Of a DNA stretch of 64,000 nt, positions 28,201-41,790 are shown in pieces. Position 1 is the stretch's first letter. Each line of letters opens with the position of its first letter. The DNA is from Eledone cirrhosa (Eukaryota). The notes below the pieces were generated by a model. That model made no database searches and had not been told where the DNA came from. It saw nothing but the letters and a program-made list of their open reading frames with translations. The stretch covers positions 409,200,001 to 409,264,000 of the forward strand of contig OZ024741.1 in the NCBI GenBank assembly GCA_964016885.1. The letters run 5' to 3'. The position numbers and the translations under genes are program-made.

Positions 28201-31200
28201 AAGGGAGACTGTGTACCTATTTTAAAAGGGAGACTGTACCTATTTTAAAAGGAAGACTGTGTACCTGTTTTAAAAGGGAGACTGTACCTATTTTAAAAGG
28301 GAGACTCTACCTATTTTAAAAGGAAGACTGTACATATTTTAAAAGGAAGACTGTACCTATTTTAAAAGGAAGACTGTACCTATTTTAAAAGGGAGACTGT
28401 GTACCTATTTTAAAAAGGAGACTGTACCTATTTTAAAAGGAAGACTGTGTACGTATTTTAAAAGGGAGATGTACCTATTTTAAAAAGAAGACTGTACCTA
28501 TTTTAAAAGGAAGACTCTACATATTTTAAAAGGAAGACTGTGTACCTATTTTAAAAGGGAGACTGCACCTATTTTAAAAGGGAGACTGTACCTATTTTAA
28601 AAGGAAGACTGTACCTATTTTAAAAGGAAGACTGTACCTATTTTAAAAGGAAGACTGTGTACTTATTTTAAAAGGAAGACTGTGTACCTATTTTAAAAGG
28701 GAGACTATGTACCTATTTTAAGAGGAAGCAGATACCTATTTTAAAAGGAAGACTGTGTACCTATTTTAGAAGGGAGACTGTACCTATTTTAAAAGGAAGA
28801 CTGTATCTATTTTAAAAGGAATACTGTACCTATTTTAAAAGGAAGACTGTGTACCTATATTAAAAGGGAGACTGTGTACGTATTTTAAAAGGAAGACTGT
28901 GTACCTATTTTAAAAGGGAGACTTACCTATTTTAAAAGGAAGACTGTACCTATTTTAAAAGGAAGACTGTACCTATTTTAAAAGGAAGACTGTGTACCTA
29001 TTTTAAAAGGGAGACTGTACCTATTTTAAAAGGAAGACTCTACCTATTTTAAAAGGAAGACTGTACCTATTTTAAAAGGAAGACTGTGTACCTATTTTAA
29101 AAGGAAGACTGTACCTATTTTAAAATGAAGACTGTGTACCTATTTTAAAAGGGAGACTGTGTACCTATTTTAAAAAGAAGACTGTACCTATTTTAAAATG
29201 AAGACTGTGTACCTGTTTTAAAAGGGAGACTGTGTACCTATTTTAAAAAAGAGACTGTGTACCTATTTTAAAAGGAAGACTTACCTATTTTAAAAGGAAG
29301 ACTGTGTACCTATTTTAAAAGGGAGACTGTACCTATTTTAAAAGGAAGACTGTGTACGTATTTTAAAAGGGAGACTGTGTACCTATTTTAAAAAGAAGAC
29401 TGTACCTATTTTAAAAGGAAGACTCTACCTATTTTAAAAGGAAAGCTGTGTACCTATTTTAAAAGGGAGACTGCACCTATTTTAAAAGGGAGATTGTACC
29501 TATTTTAAAAGGAAGACTGTACCTATTTTAGAAGGAAGACTGTACCTATTTTAAAAGGAAGACTGTGTACCTATTTTAAAAGGAAGACTTACCTATTTCA
29601 AAAGGAAGACTATGTACCTATTTTAAAAGGGAGACTGTGTACCTATTTTAAGAGGAAGAAGATACCTATTTTAAAAGGAAGACCGTGTACCTATTTTAAA
29701 AGGGAGACTGTACCTATTTTAAAAGGAAGACTGTACCTATTTTAAAAGGAAGACTGTACATGTTTTAAAAGGAAGACTGTGTACCTATTTTAAAAGGAAG
29801 ACTGTACCTATTTTAAAAGGAAGATTGTACCTATTTTAAAAGGAAGACTGTACCTATTTTAAAAAGAAGACTGTACCTATTTTAAAAGGAAGACTGTACC
29901 TATTTTAAAAGGAAGATTGTGTACCTATTTTAAAAGAGAGACTGTACCTATCTTAAAAGGAAGACTGTACTTATTTTAAAAGGAAGACTGTACCTATTTT
30001 AAAAGGGAGACTGTGTACCTATTTTAAAAGGGAGACTGTACCTATTTTAAAAGGAAGACTGTGTACCCGTTTTAAAAGGGAGACTTTACCTATTTTAAAA
30101 GGAAGACTGTGTACGTATTTTAAAAGGGAGATGTACCTATTTTAAAAAGAAGACTGTACCTATTTTAAAAGGAAGACTCTACATATTTTAAAAGGAAGAC
30201 TGTGTACCTATTTTAAAAGGGAGACTGCACCTATTTTAAAAGGGAGACTGTACCTATTTTAAAAGGAAGACTGTACCTATTTTAAAAGGAAGACTGTACC
30301 TATTTTAAAAGGAAGACTGTGTACTTATTTTAAAAGGAAGACTGTGTACCTATTTTAAAAGGGAGACTATGTACCTATTTTAAGAGGAAGCAGATACCTA
30401 TTTTAAAAGGAAGACTGTGTACCTATTTTAAAAGGGAGACTGTACCTATTTTAAAAGGAAGACTGTATCTATTTTAAAAGGAATACTGTACCTATTTTAA
30501 AAGGAAGACTGTACCTATTTTAAAAAGAAGACTGTACCTATTTTAAAAGGAAGACTGTACCTATTTTAAGAGGAAGATTGTGTACCTATTTTAAAAGAGA
30601 GACTGTACCTATTTTAAAAGGAAGACTGTACTTATTTTAAAAGGAAGACTGTGTACGTATTTTAAAAGGGAGATGTACCTATTTTAAAAAGAAGACTGTA
30701 CCTATTTTAAAAGGAAGACTGTACATATTTTAAAAGGAAGACTGTGTACCTATTTTAAAAGGGAGACTGTGTACCTATTTTAAAAGGAAGACTGTACCTA
30801 TTTTAAAAGGAAGACTGTACCTATTTTAAAAGGAAGACTGTACCTATTTTAAAAGGAAGACTGTACCTATTTTAAAAGGGAGACTGTGTACCTATTTTAA
30901 AAGGGAATCTGTACCTATTTTAAAAGGAAGACTGTGTACGTATTTTAAAAGGGAGATGTACCTATTTTAAAAAGAAGACTGTACCTATTTTAAAAGGAAG
31001 ACTCTACATATTTTAAAAGGAAGACTGTGTACCTATTTTAAAAGGGAGACTGCACCTATTTTAAAAGGGAGACTGTACCTATTTTAAAAGGAAGACTGTA
31101 CCTATTTTAAAAGGAAGACTGTACCTATTTTAAAAGGAAGACTGTGTACTTATTTTAAAAGGAAGACTGTGTACCTATTTTAAAAGGGAGACTATGTACC

Positions 31201-31345
31201 TATTTTAAGAGGAAGCAGATACCTATTTTAAAAGGAAGACTGTGTACCTATTTTAAAAGGGAGACTGTACCTATTTTAAAAGGAAGACTGTATCTATTTT
31301 AAAAGGAATACTGTACCTATTTTAAAAGGAAGACTGTGTACCTAT
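15725..31345 (+). repeat. Near-identical 7810-bp tandem duplication (~15,725-23,535 and ~23,535-31,345)
   Basis: Constant offset 7810 for AGAAGGGAG 16201/24011 and 20958/28768, GGAAAGCTG 16873/24683 and 21630/29440, GTACCCGTT 17501/25311 and 22258/30068, TATGTT 19001/26811, GGGACAC 19359/27169. Confidence 0.93.
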
Positions 31346-34300
31346 ATTAAAAGGGAGACTGTGTACGTATTTTAAAAGGAAGACTGTGTACCTATTTTAA
31401 AAGGGAGACTTACCTATTTTAAAAGGAAGACTGTACCTATTTTAAAAGGAAGACTGTACCTATTTTAAAAGGAAGACTGTGTACCTATTTTAAAAGGGAG
31501 ACTGTACCTATTTTAAAAGGAAGACTCTACCTATTTTAAAAGGAAGACTGTACCTATTTTAAAAGGAAGACTGTGTACCTATTTTAAAAGGAAGACTGTA
31601 CCTATTTTAAAATGAAGACTGTGTACCTGTTTTAAAAGGGAGACTGTGTACCTATTTTAAAAGGGAGACTGTGTACCTATTTTAAAAAGAAGACTGTACC
31701 TATTTTAAAATGAAGACTGTGTACCTGTTTTAAAAGGGAGACTGTGTACCTATTTTAAAAGGGAGACTGTGTACCTATTTTAAAAGGAAGACTTACCTAT
31801 TTTAAAAGGAAGACTGTGTACCTATTTTAAAAGGGAGACTGTACCTATTTTAAAAGGAAGACTGTGTACGTATTTTAAAAGGGAGACTGTGTACCTATTT
31901 TAAAAAGAAGACTGTACCTATTTTAAAAGGAAGACTCTACCTATTTTAAAAGGAAGACTGTGTACCTATTTTAAAAGGGAGACTGCACCTATTTTAAAAG
32001 GGAGATTGTACCTATTTTAAAAGGAAGACTGTACCTATTTTAGAAGGAAGACTGTACCTATTTTAAAAGGAAGACTGTGTACCTATTTTAAAAGGAAGAC
32101 TTACCTATTTCAAAAGGAAGACTATGTACCTATTTTAAAAGGGAGACTGTGTACCTATTTTAAGAGGAAGAAGATACCTATTTTAAAAGGAAGACCGTGT
32201 ACCTATTTTAAAAGGGAGACTGTACCTATTTTAAAAGGAAGACTGTACCTATTTTAAAAGGAAGACTGTACATGTTTTAAAAGGAAGACTGTGTACCTAT
32301 TTTAAAAGGAAGACTGTACCTATTTTAAAAGGAAGACTGTACCTATTTTAAAAGGAAGACTGTACCTATTTTAAAAAGAAGACTGTACCTATTTTAAAAG
32401 GAAGACTGTACCTATTTTAAAAGGAAGATTGTGTACCTATTTTAAAAGAGAGACTGTACCTATTTTAAAAGGAAGACTGTACTTATTTTAAAAGGAAGAC
32501 TGTACCTATTTTAAAAGGGAGACTGTGTACCTATTTTAAAAGGAAGACTGTACCTATTTTAAAAGGAAGACTGTACCTATTTTAAAAAGAAGACTGTATC
32601 TATTTTAAAAGGAAGACTGTACCTATTTTAAAAGGAAGATTGTGTACCTATTTTAAAAGAGAGACTGTACCTATCTTAAAAGGAAGACTGTACTTATTTT
32701 AAAAGGAAGACTGTACCTATTTTAAAAGGGAGACTGTGTACCTATTTTAAAAGGGAGACTGTACCTATTTTAAAAGGAAGACTGTGTACCTGTTTTAAAA
32801 GGGAGACTGTACCTATTTTAAAAGGGAGACTCTACCTATTTTAAAAGGAAGACTGTACCTATTTTAAAAGGAAGACTGTACCTATTTTAAAAGGAAGACT
32901 GTACCTATTTTAAAAGGGAGACTGTGTACCTATTTTAAAAGGGAGACTGTACCTATTTTAAAAGGAAGACTGTGTACGTATTTTAAAAGGGAGATGTACC
33001 TATTTTAAAAAGAAGACTGTACCTATTTTAAAAGGAAGACTCTACATATTTTAAAAGGAAGACTGTGTACCTATTTTAAAAGGGAGACTGCACCTATTTT
33101 AAAAGGGAGACTGTACCTATTTTAAAAGGAAGACTGTACCTATTTTAAAAGGAAGACTGTACCTATTTTAAAAGGAAGACTGTGTACTTATTTTAAAAGG
33201 AAGACTGTGTACCTATTTTAAAAGGGAGACTATGTACCTATTTTAAGAGGAAGCAGATACCTATTTTAAAAGGAAGACTGTGTACCTATTTTAAAAGGGA
33301 GACTGTACCTATTTTAAAAGGAAGACTGTATCTATTTTAAAAGGAATACTGTACCTATTTTAAAAGGAAGACTGTACCTATTTTAAAAAGAAGACTGTAC
33401 CTATTTTAAAAGGAAGACTGTACCTATTTTAAGAGGAAGATTGTGTACCTATTTTAAAAGAGAGACTGTACCTATTTTAAAAGGAAGACTGTACTTATTT
33501 TAAAAGGAAGACTGTGCCTATTTTAAAAGGGAGACTGTGTACCTATTTTAAAAGGGAGACTTACCTATTTTAAAAGGAAGACTGTACCTATTTTAAAAGG
33601 AAGACTGTACCTATTTTAAAAGGAAGAATGTGTACCTATTTTAAAAGGGAAACTGTACCTATTTTAAAAGGAAGACTCTACCTATTTTAAAAGGAAGACT
33701 GTACCTATTTTAAAAGGAAGACTGTGTACCTATTTTAAAAGGAAGACTGTACCTATTTTAAAATGAAGACTGTGTACCTGTTTTAAAAGGGAGACTGTGT
33801 ACCTATTTTAAAAGGGAGACTGTGTACCTATTTTAAAAGGAAGACTGTACCTATTTTAAAATGAAGACTGTGTACCTGTTTTAAAAGGGAGACTGTTTAC
33901 CTATTTTAAAAGGGAGACTGTGTACCTATTTTAAAAGGAAGACTTACCTATTTTAAAAGGAAGACTGTGTACCTATTTTAAAAGGGAGACTGTACCTATT
34001 TTAAAAGGAAGACTGTGTACGTATTTTAAAAGGGAGACTGTGTACCTATTTTAAAAAGAAGACTGTACCTATTTTAAAAGGAAGACTCTACCTATTTTAA
34101 AAGGAAGACTGTGTACCTATTTTAAAAGGGAGACTGCACCTATTTTAAAAGGGAGATTGTACCTATTTTAAAAGGAAGACTGTACCTATTTTAGAAGGAA
34201 GACTGTACCTATTTTAAAAGGAAGACTGTGTACCTATTTTAAAAGGAAGACTTACCTATTTCAAAAGGAAGACTATGTACCTATTTTAAAAGGGAGACTG

Positions 34301-35589
34301 TGTACCTATTTTAAGAGGAAGAAGATACCTATTTTAAAAGGAAGACCGTGTACCTATTTTAAAAGGGAGACTGTACCTATTTTAAAAGGAAGACTGTACC
34401 TATTTTAAAAGGAAGACTGTACATATTTTAAAAGGAAGACTGTGTACCTATTTTAAAAGGGAGACTGTGTACCTATTTTAAAAGGAAGACTGTACCTATT
34501 TTAAAAGGAAGACTGTACCTATTTTAAAAGGAAGACTGTACCTATTTTAAAAAGAAGACTGTACCTATTTTAAAAGGAAGACTGTACCTATTTTAAAAGG
34601 AAGATTGTGTACCTATTTTAAAAGAGAGACTGTACCTATTTTAAAAGGAAGACTGTACTTATTTTAAAAGGAAGACTGTACCTATTTTAAAAGGGAGACT
34701 GTGTACCTATTTTAAAAGGAAGACTGTACCTATTTTAAAAGGAAGACTGTACCTATTTTAAAAAGAAGACTGTACCTATTTTAAAAGGAAGACTGTACCT
34801 ATTTTAAAAGGAAGATTGTGTACCTATTTTAAAAGAGAGACTGTACCTATCTTAAAAGGAAGACTGTACTTATTTTAAAAGGAAGACTGTACCTATTTTA
34901 AAAGGGAGACTGTGTACCTATTTTAAAAGGGAGACTGTACCTATTTTAAAAGAGAGACTGTACCTATTTTAAAAGGGAGACTGTACCTATTTTAAAAGGA
35001 AGACTGTACCTATTTTAAAAGGAAGACTGTGTACCTATTTTAAAAGGAAGGCTGTGTACCTATTTTAAAAGGGAGACTATGTACCTATTTTAAGAGGAAG
35101 CAGATACCTATTTTAAAAGGAAGACTGTGTACCTATTTTAAAAGGGAGACTGTACCTATTTTAAAAGGAAGACTGTATCTATTTTAAAAGGAAGACTGTA
35201 CCTATTTTAAAAGGAAGACTGTGTACCTATATTAAAAGGGAGACTGTGTACGTATTTTAAAAGGAAGACTGTGTACCTATTTTAAAAGGGAGACTTACCT
35301 ATTTTAAAAGGAAGACTGTACCTATTTTAAAAGGAAGACTTACCTATTTTGAAAGGAAGACTGTGTACCTATTTTAAAAGGGAGACTGTACCTATTTTAA
35401 AAGGAAGACTGTACCTATTTTAAAAGGAAGACTGTACCTATTTTAAAAGGGAGACTGTGTACCTATTTTAAAAGGGAGACTGTGTACCTATTTTAAAAGG
35501 AAGACTTACCTATTTTAAAAGGAAGACTGTGTACCTATTTTAAAAGGGAGACTGTACCTATTTTAAAAGGAAGACTGTGTACGTATTTT

Positions 35590-38500
35590 AAAAGGAAGAC
35601 TGTGTACCTATTTTAAAAGGAAGACTCTACCTATTTTAAAAGGAAGACTGTGTACCTATTTTAAAAGGGAGACTGCACCTATTTTAAAAGGGAGATTGTA
35701 CCTATTTTAAAAGGAAGACTGTACCTATTTTAGAAGGAAGACTGTACCTATTTCAAAAGGAAGACTATGTACCTATTTTAAAAGGGAGACTGTGTACCTA
35801 TTTTAAGAGGAAGAAGATACCTATTTTAAAAGGAAGACCGTGTACCTATTTTAAAAGGAAGACTGTACATATTTTAAAAGGAAGACTGTGTACCTATTTT
35901 AAAAGGGAGACTGTGTACCTATTTTAAAAGGAAGACTGTACCTATTTTAAAAGGAAGACTGTACCTATTTTAAAAGGAAGACTGTACCTATTTTAAAAAG
36001 AAGACTGTACCTATTTTAAAAGGAAGACTGTACCTATTTTAAAAGGAAGATTGCGTACCTATTTTAAAAGAGAGACTGTACCTATCTTAAAAGGAAGACT
36101 GTACTTATTTTAAAAGGAAGACTGTACCTATTTTAAAAGGGAGACTGTGTACCTATTTTAAAAGGGAGACTGTACCTATTTTAAAAGGAAGACTGTGTAC
36201 CTGTTTTAAAAGGGAGACTGTACCTATTTTAAAAGGGAGACTCTACCTATTTTAAAAGGAAGACTGTACCTATTTTAAAAGGGAGACTGTACCTATTTTA
36301 AAAGGAAGACTGTACATATTTTAAAAGGGAGACTGTGTACCTATTTTAAAAGGAAGACTGTACCTATTTTAAAAGGAAGACTGTGTACGTATTTTAAAAG
36401 GGAGATGTACCTATTTTAAAAAGAAGACTGTACCTATTTTAAAATGAAGACTCTACATATTTTAAAAGGAAGACTGTGTACCTATTTTAAAAGGGAGACT
36501 GCACCTATTTTAAAAGGGAGACTGTACCTATTTTAAAAGGAAGTCTGTACCTATTTTAAAAGGAAGACTGTGTACTTATTTTAAAAGGAAGACTGTGTAC
36601 CTATTTTAAAAGGGAGACTATGTACCTATTTTAAGAGGAAGCAGATACCTATTTTAAAAGGAAGACTGTGTACCTATTTTAAAAGGGAGACTGTACCTAT
36701 TTTAAAAGGAAGACTGTATCTATTTTAAAAGGAATACTGTACCTATTTTAAAAGGAAGACTGTGTACCTATATTAAAAGGGAGACTGTGTACGTATTTTA
36801 AAAGGAAGACTGTGTACCTATTTTAAAAGGGAGACTTACCTATTTTAAAAGGAAGACTGTACCTATTTTAAAAGGAAGACTGTACCTATTTTAAAAGGAA
36901 GACTGTGTACCTATTTTAAAAGGGAGACTGTACCTATTTTAAAAGGAAGACTCTACCTATTTTAAAAGGAAGACTGTACCTATTTTAAAAGGAAGACTGT
37001 GTACCTATTTTAAAAGGAAGACTGTACCTATTTTAAAATGAAGACTGTGTACCTGTTTTAAAAGGGAGACTGTGTACCTATTTTAAAAGGGAGACTGTGT
37101 ACCTATTTTAAAAGGAAGACTGTGTACCTATTTTAAAAGGAAGACTCTACCTATTTTAAAAGGAAGACTGTGTACCTATTTTAAAAGGGAGACTGCACCT
37201 ATTTTAAAAGGGAGATTGTACCTATTTTAAAAGGAAGACTGTACCTATTTTAGAAGGAAGACTGTACCTATTTCAAAAGGAAGACTATGTACCTATTTTA
37301 AAAGGGAGACTGTGTACCTATTTTAAGAGGAAGAAGATACCTATTTTAAAAGGAAGACCGTGTACCTATTTTAAAAGGGAGACTGTACCTATTTTAAAAG
37401 GAAGACTGTACCTATTTTAAAAGGAAGACTGTACATATTTTAAAAGGAAGACTGTGTACCTATTTTAAAAGGGAGACTGTGTACCTATTTTAAAAGGAAG
37501 ACTGTACCTATTTTAAAAGGAAGACTGTACCTATTTTAAAAGGAAGACTGTACCTATTTTAAAAAGAAGACTGTACCTATTTTAAAAGGAAGACTGTACC
37601 TATTTTAAAAGGAAGATTGCGTACCTATTTTAAAAGAGAGACTGTACCTATCTTAAAAGGAAGACTGTACTTATTTTAAAAGGAAGACTGTACCTATTTT
37701 AAAAGGGAGACTGTGTACCTATTTTAAAAGGGAGACTGTACCTATTTTAAAAGGAAGACTGTGTACCTGTTTTAAAAGGGAGACTGTACCTATTTTAAAA
37801 GGGAGACTCTACCTATTTTAAAAGGAAGACTGTACCTATTTTAAAAGGGAGACTGTACCTATTTTAAAAGGAAGACTGTACATATTTTAAAAGGGAGACT
37901 GTGTACCTATTTTAAAAGGAAGACTGTACCTATTTTAAAAGGAAGACTGTGTACGTATTTTAAAAGGGAGATGTACCTATTTTAAAAAGAAGACTGTACC
38001 TATTTTAAAAGGAAGACTCTACATATTTTAAAAGGAAGACTGTGTACCTATTTTAAAAGGGAGACTGCACCTATTTTAAAAGGGAGACTGTACCTATTTT
38101 AAAAGGAAGTCTGTACCTATTTTAAAAGGAAGACTGTGTACTTATTTTAAAAGGAAGACTGTGTACCTATTTTAAAAGGGAGACTATGTACCTATTTTAA
38201 GAGGAAGCAGATACCTATTTTAAAAGGAAGACTGTGTACCTATTTTAAAAGGGAGACTGTACCTATTTTAAAAGGAAGACTGTATCTATTTTAAAAGGAA
38301 TACTGTACCTATTTTAAAAGGAAGACTGTGTACCTATATTAAAAGGGAGACTGTGTACGTATTTTAAAAGGAAGACTGTGTACCTATTTTAAAAGGGAGA
38401 CTTACCTATTTTAAAAGGAAGACTGTACCTATTTTAAAAGGAAGACTGTACCTATTTTAAAAGGAAGACTGTGTACCTATTTTAAAAGGGAGACTGTACC

Positions 38501-41500
38501 TATTTTAAAAGGAAGACTCTACCTATTTTAAAAGGAAGACTGTACCTATTTTAAAAGGAAGACTGTGTACCTATTTTAAAAGGAAGACTGTACCTATTTT
38601 AAAATGAAGACAGTGTACCTGTTTTAAAAGGGAGACTGTGTACCTATTTTAAAAGGGAGACTGTGTACCTATTTTAAAAGGAAGACTGTGTACCTATTTT
38701 AAAAGGAAGACTCTACCTATTTTAAAAGGAAGACTGTGTACCTATTTTAAAAGGGAGACTGCACCTATTTTAAAAGGGAGATTGTACCTATTTTAAAAGG
38801 AAGACTGTACCTATTTTAGAAGGAAGACTGTACCTATTTCAAAAGGAAGACTATGTACCTATTTTAAAAGGGAGACTGTGTACCTATTTTAAGAGGAAGA
38901 AGATACCTATTTTAAAAGGAAGACCGTGTACCTATTTTAAAAGGGAGACTGTACCTATTTTAAAAGGAAGACTGTACCTATTTTAAAAGGAAGACTGTAC
39001 ATATTTTAAAAGGAAGACTGTGTACCTATTTTAAAAGGGAGACTGTGTACCTATTTTAAAAGGAAGACTGTACCTATTTTAAAAGGAAGACTGTACCTAT
39101 TTTAAAAGGAAGACTGTACCTATTTTAAAAAGAAGACTGTACCTATTTTAAAAGGAAGACTGTACCTATTTTAAAAGGAAGATTGCGTACCTATTTTAAA
39201 AGAGAGACTGTACCTATCTTAAAAGGAAGACTGTACTTATTTTAAAAGGAAGACTGTACCTATTTTAAAAGGGAGACTGTGTACCTATTTTAAAAGGGAG
39301 ACTGTACCTATTTTAAAAGGAAGACTGTGTACCTGTTTTAAAAGGGAGACTGTACCTATTTTAAAAGGGAGACTCTACCTATTTTAAAAGGAAGACTGTA
39401 CCTATTTTAAAAGGGAGACTGTACCTATTTTAAAAGGAAGACTGTACATATTTTAAAAGGGAGACTGTGTACCTATTTTAAAAGGAAGACTGTACCTATT
39501 TTAAAAGGAAGACTGTGTACGTATTTTAAAAGGGAGATGTACCTATTTTAAAAAGAAGACTCTACATATTTTAAAAGGAAGACTGTGTACCTATTTTAAA
39601 AGGGAGACTGCACCTATTTTAAAAGGGAGACTGTACCTATTTTAAAAGGAAGTCTGTACCTATTTTAAAAGGAAGACTGTGTACTTATTTTAAAAGGAAG
39701 ACTGTGTACCTATTTTAAAAGGGAGACTATGTACCTATTTTAAGAGGAAGCAGATACCTATTTTAAAAGGAAGACTGTGTACCTATTTTAAAAGGGAGAC
39801 TGTACCTATTTTAAAAGGAAGACTGTATCTATTTTAAAAGGAATACTGTACCTATTTTAAAAGGAAGACTGTGTACCTATATTAAAAAGGAGACTGTGTA
39901 CGTATTTTAAAAGGAAGACTGTGTACCTATTTTAAAAGGGAGACTTACCTATTTTAAAAGGAAGACTGTACCTATTTTAAAAGGAAGACTGTACCTATTT
40001 TAAAAGGAAGACTGTGTACCTATTTTAAAAGGGAGACTGTACCTATTTTAAAAGGAAGACTCTACCTATTTTAAAAGGAAGACTGTACCTATTTTAAAAG
40101 GAAGACTGTGTACCTATTTTAAAAGGAAGACTGTACCTATTTTAAAATGAAGACTGTGTACCTGTTTTAAAAGGGAGACTGTGTACCTATTTTAAAAGGG
40201 AGACTGTGTACCTATTTTAAAAGGAAGACTGTGTACCTATTTTAAAAGGAAGACTCTACCTATTTTAAAAGGAAGACTGTGTACCTATTTTAAAAGGGAG
40301 ACTGCACCTATTTTAAAAGGGAGATTGTACCTATTTTAAAAGGAAGACTGTACCTATTTTAGAAGGAAGACTGTACCTATTTCAAAAGGAAGACTATGTA
40401 CCTATTTTAAAAGGGAGACTGTGTACCTATTTTAAGAGGAAGAAGATACCTATTTTAAAAGGAAGACCGTGTACCTATTTTAAAAGGGAGACTGTACCTA
40501 TTTTAAAAGGAAGACTGTACCTATTTTAAAAGGAAGACTGTACATATTTTAAAAGGAAGACTGTGTACCTATTTTAAAAGGGAGACTGTGTACCTATTTT
40601 AAAAGGAAGACTGTACCTATTTTAAAAGGAAGACTGTACCTATTTTAAAAGGAAGACTGTACCTATTTTAAAAAGAAGACTGTACCTATTTTAAAAGGAA
40701 GACTGTACCTATTTTAAAAGGAAGATTGCGTACCTATTTTAAAAGAGAGACTGTACCTATCTTAAAAGGAAGACTGTACTTATTTTAAAAGGAAGACTGT
40801 ACCTATTTTAAAAGGGAGACTGTGTACCTATTTTAAAAGGGAGACTGTACCTATTTTAAAAGGAAGACTGTGTACCTGTTTTAAAAGGGAGACTGTACCT
40901 ATTTTAAAAGGGAGACTCTACCTATTTTAAAAGGAAGACTGTACCTATTTTAAAAGGGAGACTGTACCTATTTTAAAAGGAAGACTGTACATATTTTAAA
41001 AGGGAGACTGTGTACCTATTTTAAAAGGAAGACTGTACCTATTTTAAAAGGAAGACTGTGTACGTATTTTAAAAGGGAGATGTACCTATTTTAAAAAGAA
41101 GACTGTACCTATTTTAAAAGGAAGACTCTACATATTTTAAAAGGAAGACTGTGTACCTATTTTAAAAGGGAGACTGCACCTATTTTAAAAGGGAGACTGT
41201 ACCTATTTTAAAAGGAAGTCTGTACCTATTTTAAAAGGAAGACTGTGTACTTATTTTAAAAGGAAGACTGTGTACCTATTTTAAAATGAAGACTATGTAC
41301 CTATTTTAAGAGGAAGCAGATACCTATTTTAAAAGGAAGACTGTGTACCTATTTTAAAAGGGAGACTGTACCTATTTTAAAAGGAAGACTGTATCTATTT
41401 TAAAAGGAATACTGTACCTATTTTAAAAGGAAGACTGTGTACCTATATTAAAAGGGAGACTGTGTACGTATTTTAAAAGGAAGACTGTGTACCTATTTTA

Positions 41501-41790
41501 AAAGGGAGACTTACCTATTTTAAAAGGAAGACTGTACCTATTTTAAAAGGAAGACTGTACCTATTTTAAAAGGAAGACTGTGTACCTATTTTAAAAGGGA
41601 GACTGTACCTATTTTAAAAGGAAGACTCTACCTATTTTAAAAGGAAGACTGTACCTATTTTAAAAGGAAGACTGTGTACCTATTTTAAAAGGAAGACTGT
41701 ACCTATTTTAAAATGAAGACTGTGTACCTGTTTTAAAAGGGAGACTGTGTACCTATTTTAAAAGGGAGACTGTGTACCTATTTTAAAAGG
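35590..41790 (+). repeat. About four tandem copies of a 1566-bp HOR (~66 monomers); one interval is 1543 bp
   Basis: The diagnostic variant GATTGCGTAC (TTGCG) occurs at 36051, 37617, 39183 and 40726 (spacings 1566, 1566, 1543). A one-monomer deletion/fusion (AAAAGAAGACTCTACAT) lies at ~39,555. Confidence 0.93.
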
